From the sequence record SRR2962707_1178: a DNA stretch of 20,000 nucleotides, one strand, 5' to 3'. Both the position numbers and the translations under genes were made by a program. Shown here piece by piece: positions 8,610 through 17,589 of this stretch. The notes beneath the pieces were generated by a model. The model was not told where the DNA came from and did no database searches. It was given only the letters and a program-made list of their open reading frames with translations. The stretch's first letter is position 1. Each line of letters starts with the position of its first letter.

Positions 8610-8636
8610 AATATAGATTTCAAAGGAGTGAAGCAA
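8608..8636 (-). promoter_or_regulatory. Sigma70 promoter of trpR-trpE-trpG
   Basis: TTGCTT (8636-8631), 17-bp spacer, TATTGT (8613-8608); the -10 element overlaps the operator. Confidence 0.65.
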
Positions 8637-8706
8637 GAGGTCTGAGCATAAAAAGACAAGGTGCTTCATCATTAAATTGATCCGTTCGCTAATTAAGACT
8701 TTCAAT

Positions 8707-8742
8707 GAAAAACTAACAAAACTATGGAAGAGCGAGGTTTAA
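8707..8742 (+). pseudogene. Possible 3' stub of a RelE/HigB2-type toxin gene
   Basis: EKLTKLWKSEV* ends 1 bp before the HTH ATG; no convincing start or RBS; resembles the ends of HigB2-type toxins (from memory). Confidence 0.35.
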
Positions 8743-8743
8743 C

Positions 8744-9028
8744 ATGAGTATTTTTGATGAATTAAAATCTTCTTTAGAAGCAGCGGTAGATATCCACCAA
8801 GGTCGTAAAGAAACTGGTCGTAGTACTCGCGTTGAGATCGCAGATGTAAAATCTATTCGCGATGACCTTCAAGTCTCTCAGGCTGAGTTTGCCAAAGCGC
8901 TTGGCACCAGTGTGGATACGATTAAGAGCGGGGAAAGTCGACGTCGCAACCCAACAGGCTTAGCGGCTAAGGTATTGGCAACGATTCAAGATAACCCCAA
9001 TTTCTATAACGAATTATCAGCACACTGA
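8744..9028 (+). CDS. nadS: NadS/HigA2-like Xre-family HTH protein (antitoxin-like)
   Basis: MSIFDELKSSLEAAVDI...DVKSIR..LQVSQAEFAKALGTSVDTIKS.E..RRNPTG; RBS GAGG. Confidence 0.8.
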   Translation: MSIFDELKSSLEAAVDIHQGRKETGRSTRVEIADVKSIRDDLQVSQAEFAKALGTSVDTIKSGESRRRNPTGLAAKVLATIQDNPNFYNELSAH

Positions 9029-9165
9029 CAATATCCTCTGTCTTACGCATTAAAGCGCTGCTCTGTGTCTAAGTAACGCTTTATCCTACCAACATAGTGT
9101 TAAATCAAGAAAAACGCTTTCGTTGTTCTATATAATGCTCGCATCATCCATCATGAGGAAAGCTA

Positions 9166-9552
9166 ATGGGTATTGTCGTCGCGGTTTGTATGTGGCTCAT
9201 CTTGCTGATGTCTGTTCCTAACCCGCTGCGCGGTAAATTAGAGAAACGGCAGGGCACGCTCGCATTGTTGGCATTTATAGCAGGGGTTTGGAACTTCGCT
9301 TTTTATGGATCCTTTCATCTTGGGGAGTTTTGGGGAAATGCGGCCTTTATTTCTGGCTTCTTTATGATGTTCAGTAGCTTTCCGCTCTTACAAGCCGACA
9401 CCTGGCCTTCGCCGCTAAAAAGCCCGATTCAAACGCTGCAGCGTTATCGTCATGCAATACACAATGTCATCAATAACTTAGCCCTGTTTGCGCTTGCCAT
9501 TTATGCGTCACTTTACACTTATGCCCTTATCCTACTGAATTTGAACGCCTAA
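9166..9552 (+). CDS. Hypothetical membrane protein (~4 TM)
   Basis: RBS GAGGA and four hydrophobic segments. Confidence 0.75.
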   Translation: MGIVVAVCMWLILLMSVPNPLRGKLEKRQGTLALLAFIAGVWNFAFYGSFHLGEFWGNAAFISGFFMMFSSFPLLQADTWPSPLKSPIQTLQRYRHAIHNVINNLALFALAIYASLYTYALILLNLNA

Positions 9553-9553
9553 C

Positions 9554-9599
9554 CCATAAAAAAAGAGAAACCCTTTGTATAAGGCGTTTCTCTTTATGG
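9554..9599. terminator. Terminator between convergent genes (strongest for the SDR on -)
   Basis: A7-GAGAAAC-CCTT...AAGG-cGTTTCTCTTT inverted repeat. Confidence 0.7.
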
Positions 9600-9637
9600 C
9601 TGACAATATTATGTTGTGGCTTTCAACCTGATCTTGG

Positions 9638-10393
9638 TTACAAGAACATACCGCCGGACGCTTCGATACGCTGCCCGGTTATCCAGCCTGCCCCATCGCT
9701 CAATAGCATAGCAACCGCTTGACCAATGTCTTCGGCTTCACCGACACGCCCTAATGCCGTCACCGAAGACACCATTTTATTCATCTCAGGGTTGTCGCGC
9801 ACATTGCCATCACGAAAATCCGTCGCAATCGCTCCCGGTGCCAAGGTATTCACGCGCACTTGTCGTTGTGAGAATTCTTTTGCCATATAGCGAGTCATGA
9901 CTTCTACACCGCCTTTCGCAATGGCGTAAGCACTTGAGCCAGGCAAGGTGAAGCGCGCTAAACCAGACGAAACATTTAAAATATGACCGCCGTTTTTAAT
10001 CAATGACAATAAAGCTTGAGTCAAAAAGAAAGGCCCTTTCACATGTATTGCTAGCATCTCTTCTAGCGCCTCATAACTGGTTTCTTCAATGCTGCTTTGT
10101 ATGCCAGTGCCAGCATTATTCAGCAGATAATCGAAATCCTGGCGCCCAAATTCGCTTTCTAGCACCTTTTGTAAGCGCTCTTTAAACTGAGGAAAAGCCG
10201 TCACATCTCGAGTATCTAATTGCAGCGAAAAAGCGTTTTGACCTGTTTCTTTGATCGCTTCCACTACGCTTTGTGCGCCATCAGCATCTTGATGATAGGT
10301 CAACACAACATCAACGCCCGCTTTTGCTAAAGCAAGTGCGCTGCTCTTGCCCAAACCACGACTACCACCCGTAATAATTGCTAACTTGCTCAT
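9638..10393 (-). CDS. Short-chain dehydrogenase/reductase
   Basis: TGGSRGLG, NNAG, NVSS, YAIAK (YxxxK), WITGQRIEASGG. Confidence 0.95.
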   Translation of the reverse strand: MSKLAIITGGSRGLGKSSALALAKAGVDVVLTYHQDADGAQSVVEAIKETGQNAFSLQLDTRDVTAFPQFKERLQKVLESEFGRQDFDYLLNNAGTGIQSSIEETSYEALEEMLAIHVKGPFFLTQALLSLIKNGGHILNVSSGLARFTLPGSSAYAIAKGGVEVMTRYMAKEFSQRQVRVNTLAPGAIATDFRDGNVRDNPEMNKMVSSVTALGRVGEAEDIGQAVAMLLSDGAGWITGQRIEASGGMFL

Positions 10394-10506
10394 TATGCAC
10401 CTCTCTTAGTGATCAAATGCTCCAGGCGATGCCCGAAGGGAGCCTTAAGAATAGCCATTAGAGTAAGCGCTTTATTGTCATGGATATAGAGGGTAAAGGT
10501 GATAAC

Positions 10507-10529
10507 ATTGTTCGGATAAAACAAACAAT
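10507..10529. promoter_or_regulatory. Putative LysR operator dyad ATTGT-N13-ACAAT
   Basis: ATTGTTCGGATAAAACAAACAAT, 12 bp before the LysR start in the divergent region. Confidence 0.55.
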
Positions 10530-10541
10530 ATGGAGTATTGA

Positions 10542-11474
10542 ATGGACAAGTTTGATGCCATGCAGCGCTTTGTATTAGTCGCGCAATCAGGCAGTTTTAC
10601 CAAGGCCGCTGAGGCCCTTGGCCTGCCAAAATCCAGCATTTCACAAGCCATACAAGGGCTTGAGAAATCATTAGGTACACGACTTTTGCATCGTAGTACC
10701 CGCAGCGTCGTGCTGACTCAGGATGGGGAAACCTACTTGCCACAGTGTCAGGCATTATTAGCGGAACTGGACGCAATGAGTGGGCAATTTCAGCGCCACC
10801 AAGACACCATTCGTGGCGTATTGAGAGTCGACATGTCGAGCCGTTTCGCTTCTACTGTGGTGCTTCCAAATTTGTCCGACTTTCTCACTAAATACCCCAA
10901 TATCCAGTTAAAAATCAGCAGCTCTGATCATCGAGTAGACCCAGTCAAAGAAGGCATTGATTGCGTTGTACGCACAGGAGAATTAAACGACAGCAGTTTG
11001 GTCGCTCGAACCTTAAGCCACTACAGAAGCATCAACTGTGTTTCGCCAAGCTATGTGGAAAAGTTTGGTATTCCTTTGACCTTGGACGATTTAGCCAACC
11101 ATCAATTGATCGACTATTCGCACACCCTTGGCAATCTAGAAGCGCAGTTTGAATACATGGAACAAGGCGTCGTAAAACACCATATTATGCCCAGCAGCTT
11201 AGCCGTTAATGGCACAGATGCCTATTTGTCTGCCTGTTTATCTGGCTTAGGCATTGCGCAAATACCCACCATAGGGGTGGAAGATTGGATCGCTAAAGGT
11301 CAGTTGATACACATTTTACCGCAATACGAAGCCGAGCCTATGCCAGTGTCTTTGCTTTACCCGTCGCGCCGCCAACCCCCCAAACGCCTGAGTGTTTTTA
11401 TGTCGTGGCTAGAAGAGGTGGTCACCAAGATCGACCAAACGGGTTTGCGTGCCTCTCCTAGTGCAGCACCTTAA
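10542..11474 (+). CDS. LysR-family regulator (YhjC/CrgA-like)
   Basis: [56 protein letters not shown]; divergent from the SDR. Confidence 0.95.
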   Translation: MDKFDAMQRFVLVAQSGSFTKAAEALGLPKSSISQAIQGLEKSLGTRLLHRSTRSVVLTQDGETYLPQCQALLAELDAMSGQFQRHQDTIRGVLRVDMSSRFASTVVLPNLSDFLTKYPNIQLKISSSDHRVDPVKEGIDCVVRTGELNDSSLVARTLSHYRSINCVSPSYVEKFGIPLTLDDLANHQLIDYSHTLGNLEAQFEYMEQGVVKHHIMPSSLAVNGTDAYLSACLSGLGIAQIPTIGVEDWIAKGQLIHILPQYEAEPMPVSLLYPSRRQPPKRLSVFMSWLEEVVTKIDQTGLRASPSAAP

Positions 11475-11841
11475 TCTCAACATCAATCACCCCATGATGG
11501 GTGCTCGCAATACGTTGGAACGCCGATTTACTCAAATCGATAATACGGCCTCTCACAAAAGGACCACGGTCATTTATGCGCACAATCACACTTTTACCAT
11601 TCGCCACGTTTGTCACTTTTACCTTGGTGCCAAAGGGGAGGCGTTTGTGCGCCGCCGTGTGGGCATGCTGATTAAAGCGCTCGCCATTGGCGGTTTGTCG
11701 CCCTTGGTATTTGTCCGCATAGTAGGAGGCTTCACCAGATTCTTCATAGCCCATCGCCGCTGAGCGTGTCAGTGGGGTGCTCGAACAGGCGGTGAGCCAT
11801 AAAGACAAAAAGACCCAATAAATAGGCGCTGCATTTTTCAT
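11458..11841 (-). CDS. RlpA-like (DPBB) lipoprotein, lytic transglycosylase family, without SPOR domain
   Basis: Start MKNAAP at 11841 gives lipobox [43 protein letters not shown] motifs. Confidence 0.9.
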   Translation of the reverse strand: MKNAAPIYWVFLSLWLTACSSTPLTRSAAMGYEESGEASYYADKYQGRQTANGERFNQHAHTAAHKRLPFGTKVKVTNVANGKSVIVRINDRGPFVRGRIIDLSKSAFQRIASTHHGVIDVEIKVLH

Positions 11842-12140
11842 AAGATTCTCTTTTTCATTGCTTGTTATCACAGGCGCGAGTGACAACAGGGTCGATGGGG
11901 GTAATCTGCTGTAGAGCGATGAAAAGTCTAACAAATCTTGGTCGTGATAAAACAAACCACTGCGAACTTTGCGCTTTCCTCGCAGGCTTTTACGCTTTGT
12001 ACACGAGCGCACTCCAGGTTTTGGCGGTTCGAGAAAAATGTGAATAGATTAGTGACACCCTCTTCCATTCGCTTATTATTCTATGATTTCAGGTATGCTC
12101 TAAATACCGCATTCCTTCACCACTTTCTTGGATCAGAAAC

Positions 12141-13220
12141 ATGCCCTCGCCAGAGATAAACACTGCCACCTTAGCTCACTGGCCAACGCCTTGTCGGTTT
12201 CTTCTACTTTTCCTTTTGTCCTGTGTGTTTGCCAGCGTATTAGAATACTTTCACCTACCGGCCGCTCTATTACTCGGCCCCATGGTAGCGAGTATTTTTA
12301 TCACAGTGAAAGGGGCTGATTTGAGTCTGCCGAAGCCGCTTTTTTTGATGGCACAAGGCACCCTTGGTTGGATGATAGCGGGTCATTTACCCACCAACAT
12401 TTACCTTGAAATCGCTCAAGAATGGCCAATTTTTCTACTCGGCACCGGCTCTACGATTGTCGCATCCAGCTTCCTTGGCTGGCTATTGAGCCGAACCGGA
12501 CTCTTGCCCGGCACCACGGCTATTTGGGGTTCATCGCCAGGGGCTGCTTCCGTCATGACTATCATGTCTGAATCCTATGGGGCCGACATGCGCCTCGTCG
12601 CTTTTATGCAATATTTGCGGGTCGCCTGTTGTGCCATCGCGGCTATGGTTGTGGCTACCTTGTTCAATGTGGACGGTGTCAAGCCGATCCATTGGTTTGC
12701 CATGAGCTCGTCCTCTGGCTTTATCATGACCATAGCGATGAGCTGCGTCACCGTCTATTTAGGCGTGAAATTGCGCCTGCCTGGCGGTGCCTTACTCATG
12801 TCCATCGCAGTGGGGATTTTCATTAAGTTCTCTGGCGCCTTTCCCATTGTGTTGCCTTATTGGTACTTGGCCATCAGCTTTGGCATTCTTGGCTGGGGGA
12901 TTGGCTTTCGTTTTTCACCCGCGGTATTGCGACACGCGCTGCACGTCTTTCCTCATGTTCTGGGCGCGATTATTGCCCTAATTGTGATCAACGGTGGTTT
13001 TGCCATGCTGCTGGTGTACTTTGCCGACATCGACCCGCTTACCGCCTTTCTTGCCACCAGCCCAGGGGGGGCGGATTCTGTGGCCATTATTGCCGCCACC
13101 ACCCACGCGGACGTGGCCTTTGTGATGGCCATGCAAATCATGCGCTTCTTTGTGGTATTGATTGCTGGCCCTATGCTCGCTCGCTGGCTATCGGTAAACA
13201 AAAGCCTACCTTCGAGCTAA
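12141..13220 (+). CDS. abrB: AbrB-family membrane protein (AidB regulator / putative ammonia monooxygenase family)
   Basis: LPAALLLGPM, GTTAIWGSSPGAAS, GADMRLVAFMQYLRV, TAFLATSPGGADSVAIIA, FVMAMQIMR; internal two-fold repeat. Confidence 0.9.
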   Translation: MPSPEINTATLAHWPTPCRFLLLFLLSCVFASVLEYFHLPAALLLGPMVASIFITVKGADLSLPKPLFLMAQGTLGWMIAGHLPTNIYLEIAQEWPIFLLGTGSTIVASSFLGWLLSRTGLLPGTTAIWGSSPGAASVMTIMSESYGADMRLVAFMQYLRVACCAIAAMVVATLFNVDGVKPIHWFAMSSSSGFIMTIAMSCVTVYLGVKLRLPGGALLMSIAVGIFIKFSGAFPIVLPYWYLAISFGILGWGIGFRFSPAVLRHALHVFPHVLGAIIALIVINGGFAMLLVYFADIDPLTAFLATSPGGADSVAIIAATTHADVAFVMAMQIMRFFVVLIAGPMLARWLSVNKSLPSS

Positions 13221-13231
13221 CGAGCGGGCAT

Positions 13232-13258
13232 AAAAAAGCCACGCTGAACGTGGCTTTT
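13232..13258. terminator. Bidirectional Rho-independent terminator
   Basis: AAAAAAGCCACG-ctgaa-CGTGGCTTTT between convergent abrB and cdd. Confidence 0.85.
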
Positions 13259-13281
13259 AACCTGACATAAATCGGCGTCTA

Positions 13282-13689
13282 TTAAGTCAAATTTTCAGGC
13301 CCAAACGAACACGGCAACAGCTCATCCATCGCAAAAGAACGACGTACTTCCGTCGCACTGCAGACGTGAATACGCGTCGCTTCTGAGGAAAACTCACGAA
13401 TCCGCTGACGGCAGCCGCCACACGGTGTCACCAGCTCACTTCCATTGCCCATAACGTAGATGTTTTTAATCTGGCTTTCACCGTCTAAAATCATCGCCGC
13501 AATCGCGCCTGCTTCTGCACAGGTTCCTTCAGGGTAAGAAGCGTTTTCTACGTTACAGCCAGAATAATAACGACCGTTCGCCGTTTCAATGGCAACCCCA
13601 ACCTTGAATTTAGAGTAAGGCACATAGGCCTTACTCATCGCTGTTTTGGCAAGCTCAAATGCTTGTTCGTTCATCACCGCATGACTCAT
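13282..13689 (-). CDS. cdd: Cytidine deaminase (small homotetrameric type)
   Basis: AYVPYSKFKVG, GCNVENASY, CAE, PCGGCRQ, ELLP.SF motifs. Confidence 0.95.
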   Translation of the reverse strand: MSHAVMNEQAFELAKTAMSKAYVPYSKFKVGVAIETANGRYYSGCNVENASYPEGTCAEAGAIAAMILDGESQIKNIYVMGNGSELVTPCGGCRQRIREFSSEATRIHVCSATEVRRSFAMDELLPCSFGPENLT

Positions 13690-13692
13690 AAA

Positions 13693-14661
13693 CTAGGCTC
13701 GTTCTTTCAGATAAGGACGACCAACGGCTTTTGGCGCGACCGCTTTGCCAATAAAACCGGCCAACAACAGAACCGTCAACACATAAGGCAAGACTTCAAT
13801 CAATTGCACTGGTACTTCACCCATACCTGGAATGACAACCCCTTGCAAACGTACTGCTACGGCATCTAAGAAGCCAAACAGCAAACAAGCGAACATCACA
13901 GGCACCGGACGCCATTTACCAAAAATCAACGCCGCTAATGCCATGTAGCCTTTACCCGCACTCATGTCTTTTAAGAAGCCAGCATTGTGCGCAGTAGACA
14001 AATAAGCCCCTGCAATACCACATAAGATGCCGCAAACAATCAGCGCACGGTAACGAATCCAAGCCACCGAAATACCGGCGGTATCCACCGCATGAGGGTT
14101 CTCACCCACCGCACGTAGGCGTAAGCCAAAACGGGTTTTATAAATCACCCAATAGGTCACCGGCACCATCACAAAGGCAAGGTAAACGATGATATTGTGG
14201 CCACTGAGTAAATTCGAGTAGATCTGACCAATCACGGGCACATCACGCAAGGCATCGGCAAATGGTAAAGTAATATCGGTGAAACGCTGGTCACCAGACA
14301 AGGTCGGCGTTTGCCCACCCATGCCAAACCAATCCAACCCCAAGGTGACCGTTAAGCCAGCCACTATGGTGTTAATGGCGACGCCGGAGACAATGTGATC
14401 ACCGCGATGAGTGATACAGGCAAAGCCATGTATCATCGCCAACACAACCGACGCGGCAATACCACAAGCCAAGCCTATCCACGCAGAACCGAATATGGCG
14501 GCGCCCGCGGCGGCGGCAAAAGCACTGCCCAAGATTTTACCTTCCAAGCCAATATCAACGATACCAGCACGTTCAGAATACAAGCCCGCTAATGCCGCGA
14601 GAATCAAGGGAGTGGAGACACGCAAGGTGGCATCCAGCATTATGATTAGGGTATCAAACAT
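13693..14661 (-). CDS. Nucleoside ABC transporter permease (NupC-like)
   Basis: SERAGIVDIGLEG, RAVGENP, GKGYMALAALIFGKWRP, LPYVLT motifs. Confidence 0.92.
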   Translation of the reverse strand: MFDTLIIMLDATLRVSTPLILAALAGLYSERAGIVDIGLEGKILGSAFAAAAGAAIFGSAWIGLACGIAASVVLAMIHGFACITHRGDHIVSGVAINTIVAGLTVTLGLDWFGMGGQTPTLSGDQRFTDITLPFADALRDVPVIGQIYSNLLSGHNIIVYLAFVMVPVTYWVIYKTRFGLRLRAVGENPHAVDTAGISVAWIRYRALIVCGILCGIAGAYLSTAHNAGFLKDMSAGKGYMALAALIFGKWRPVPVMFACLLFGFLDAVAVRLQGVVIPGMGEVPVQLIEVLPYVLTVLLLAGFIGKAVAPKAVGRPYLKERA

Positions 14662-14662
14662 T

Positions 14663-15769
14663 TTATTTCTCCTGCGCCGCGGCTCTGCGAATAAAGAAGC
14701 CTTCGATGCGACCTTTGAACATGTGCTCTAGGGCACCACAGAACAAAATCACCAGACCTTGAATAACCACCACAACTTCAGGTGTGATACTTGGAATTTC
14801 AAACGCTAGCTCAGCGCCACCTTGATACAAGGCACCAAACAAAACAGCGGCCAGCACAATACCAATCGGATGATTACGGCCCATTAAAGACACAGCAATT
14901 CCGGCAAAACCATAACCTGCGGTAAAGTTCAGCAATAGACTGTGGTTTACCCCCATGATTTCGTTAATACCCACAAAACCAGCCAAACCACCAGAAATCA
15001 ACATCACCCAAATAGTGACTTTAGCGGTATCAATACCCGCGTACTTAGCCGCTGTTGGGTTGGTTCCCAAGGTTCTAAGTTGGTAACCCCAACGGGTATG
15101 CCAAATTAAGACCCAGACCAGCACACAGCACACCAAAGCCAAAATAAACGCACCATTTAATGGAGAATCACCGATGTCGATACCCAATGGGGTGAGCATA
15201 TTGTGCAGATACGGCATCCAAGCGTTTTCTTCGAAAGTACGACTGTTTGGCGCCATGCCCGTTTTTTCTTTTAACCAGTTCACCATTAGGTAAACCATCA
15301 AAGACGAGGCAATAAAGTTAAACATAATGGTGGTAATAACGATGTGACTACCACGTCGCGCTTGCAAGTAAGCGGGAACATACGCCCACGCTGCCCCAAA
15401 CAAGGCGGCCGCTATGATCGCCAGCGGCATAATGACAATAAAGGGCATAGAGTGATCAAGCGAAAGACACACAAGGCCAACCCCTAACCCACCGATGTAA
15501 GCTTGGCCTTCACCACCGATATTAAACAAACCCGCTTTGAAGGCGACCGACACCGCCAAACCAGTAAAGATGAAGTTGGTCGCGTAATACAGCGTATAAC
15601 CAATCCCCTCATCGTAACCAAAGGCGCCATACACCAAGTAACCCGCAGCTTCTATTGGGTTTTGACCAATGGCAACAAACACCAAACCAGACACCAAAAA
15701 GGCCAGTACAATATTAATAAACGGAATTAGGCCGACATTGACCCAAACAGGAACCTTAGCCTGACTCAT
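14663..15769 (-). CDS. Nucleoside ABC transporter permease (NupB-like)
   Basis: GLFNIGGEGQ, VITTIMFNFIA, GYGFAGIAVSLMGRNHP motifs; TAATG overlap with the ATPase. Confidence 0.92.
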   Translation of the reverse strand: MSQAKVPVWVNVGLIPFINIVLAFLVSGLVFVAIGQNPIEAAGYLVYGAFGYDEGIGYTLYYATNFIFTGLAVSVAFKAGLFNIGGEGQAYIGGLGVGLVCLSLDHSMPFIVIMPLAIIAAALFGAAWAYVPAYLQARRGSHIVITTIMFNFIASSLMVYLMVNWLKEKTGMAPNSRTFEENAWMPYLHNMLTPLGIDIGDSPLNGAFILALVCCVLVWVLIWHTRWGYQLRTLGTNPTAAKYAGIDTAKVTIWVMLISGGLAGFVGINEIMGVNHSLLLNFTAGYGFAGIAVSLMGRNHPIGIVLAAVLFGALYQGGAELAFEIPSITPEVVVVIQGLVILFCGALEHMFKGRIEGFFIRRAAAQEK

Positions 15770-17322
15770 TACGCCACTCCTTTTTGGTCTTCGTTGTAGG
15801 CGTTTGCCATCATCAAACCAAGAGTACGTTCGTCGGCGTCTTTTGCATCAAGCTCACCAACAACCGCACCATCAAACATCACTAGGATGCGATCACTCAG
15901 TGCCATAATTTCGTCCAACTCTACCGATACCAGCAAAATCGCTTTGCCAGAATCTCGCAATTTTACAATTTGTTCATGAATGTTTTCGATGGCGCCGATG
16001 TCGACACCACGGGTTGGCTGACCAATCAGCAACACATCTGGGTTCTGCTCGACTTCACGGGCGATCACGATTTTCTGCTGATTACCACCAGAGAAGTTGG
16101 CGGTTTTTAGATGAGGATTTGGGGGACGAACGTCCCAAGCTGCCATCCGAGTATTACACTCATCTAGCATGGCCTTGCGGTTCATCAAAAAGGCGCCGTT
16201 ATAGGCCGCTGAGTTGTGATAACCCAGCACCGCCGCTTCATACGCTTCAAACCCAGTTACCAAGCCCATTTTATGGCGATCTTCTGGCACGTGGGCCATT
16301 TTCATATCACGCATTTGCGCTGCATTTTTAGGCGCACTGGCGGTAATGGTTTGCCCGGCAAATTGAATTTCACCTTCGTCCATTGGCGTAATACCAGACA
16401 ACACATTCAACAGCTCACTCTGGCCATTACCAGAGACCCCTGCGATGCCTAGGATTTCTCCAGCACGCAGTTCCAAGCTCACTTCTTTTAAACGTTTCAC
16501 GCCTTGGCTATCAAATTGGGAAAGGTTTTTGGCGGATAAGAAAACGTCCGTTGGTGTCGCGTCGTCTTTATCGACTTTCAAGCGCACCTTTTTTCCCACC
16601 ATCAGCTCGGCTAACTCTTCTTTATCCGTTTTTGCCGTCTCACGATGCGCCACCATTTCACCTTGGCGCATCACAGAGACATTGCTCGTGGAAGCCAAGA
16701 TTTCACGCAATTTATGCGTAATCAATAAAACCGTCACACCTTGCTCAGTCAACGAGCGCAAGATACGGAATAGGTGATCCGCTTCTTGTGGTGTTAAAAC
16801 GCCTGTCGGCTCATCTAGAATCAGAATGCGCGCGCCACGATACAGAGCCTTCAAAATTTCAACACGCTGCTGTAGACCAACTGGGAGCTCTTCCACAACC
16901 GCATCTACATCAATGTCTAGACTGTATTCATGAGCAAGACGCTTCAATTCAGTTCGAGCTGCATCCATACCTTGCTGCAATAAGGCACCACCCTCGGCCC
17001 CCAACATCACGTTTTCCAAAACCGTGAAGTTTTCAACCAACATAAAGTGCTGATGCACCATACCTATGCCGGCTTTAATCGCATCTTGTGAGTTGCGAAT
17101 ATCTACAATTTTTCCATCGACTTCAATATGGCCCGAGTCCGCCTCGTAGAAACCATAAATAATACTCATCAGAGTCGATTTACCTGCCCCGTTTTCACCG
17201 ATAATACCGTGAACCGTACCTGCAGGAACTTGTAGGCAAATGTCTTTGTTCGCCTGAACGGCGCCAAAGCGTTTGCTAATATCACGCAATTCAATTGCGT
17301 ATGGCGTTGTATTGTTTGTCAT
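15769..17322 (-). CDS. Nucleoside ABC transporter ATP-binding protein (CUT2, fused double domain)
   Basis: GENGAGKST, GMVHQHF, LILDEPT, SGGNQQK, QPTRGVD motifs. Confidence 0.95.
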   Translation of the reverse strand: MTNNTTPYAIELRDISKRFGAVQANKDICLQVPAGTVHGIIGENGAGKSTLMSIIYGFYEADSGHIEVDGKIVDIRNSQDAIKAGIGMVHQHFMLVENFTVLENVMLGAEGGALLQQGMDAARTELKRLAHEYSLDIDVDAVVEELPVGLQQRVEILKALYRGARILILDEPTGVLTPQEADHLFRILRSLTEQGVTVLLITHKLREILASTSNVSVMRQGEMVAHRETAKTDKEELAELMVGKKVRLKVDKDDATPTDVFLSAKNLSQFDSQGVKRLKEVSLELRAGEILGIAGVSGNGQSELLNVLSGITPMDEGEIQFAGQTITASAPKNAAQMRDMKMAHVPEDRHKMGLVTGFEAYEAAVLGYHNSAAYNGAFLMNRKAMLDECNTRMAAWDVRPPNPHLKTANFSGGNQQKIVIAREVEQNPDVLLIGQPTRGVDIGAIENIHEQIVKLRDSGKAILLVSVELDEIMALSDRILVMFDGAVVGELDAKDADERTLGLMMANAYNEDQKGVA

Positions 17323-17543
17323 ATTTCAATAATAATTCGTCTGCTTTATGTTAGGGCGGTGAAATCATATTTTGATCAAAATACACTCAGCCTGCCTATA
17401 TCGCTACCTTAGTTTGATGGCTATCAATGCCTGCTCTGCGGATAAACACTCAACAATCTTACTCAATGAATACAAACGATTCAGAGCATGACCCATGCGA
17501 TATTTTTCGTTAGCAGAAACATTTTTCACAGAAGCACTAAGAC

Positions 17544-17578
17544 AAAAAAACAGCCGCCCACACAATGGACGACTGTTT
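17544..17578 (-). terminator. Rho-independent terminator after the BMP gene
   Basis: Minus strand AAACAGTCGTCCA-ttgtg-TGGGCGGCTGTTTTTTT. Confidence 0.8.
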
Positions 17579-17589
17579 CTCGATATAAC

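Noticed and set aside
11842..12012. N-terminal extension of the RlpA ORF (184-aa version)
   Set aside because: The lipoprotein signal and RBS point to ATG 11841.
11928..12068. 46-aa minus-strand [12 protein letters not shown]...TKIC
   Set aside because: No clear RBS or family resemblance; it sits in a divergent promoter region.
13065..13071. G7 run in abrB as a phase-variation tract
   Set aside because: Short, in frame, and encodes the conserved SPGGA motif.
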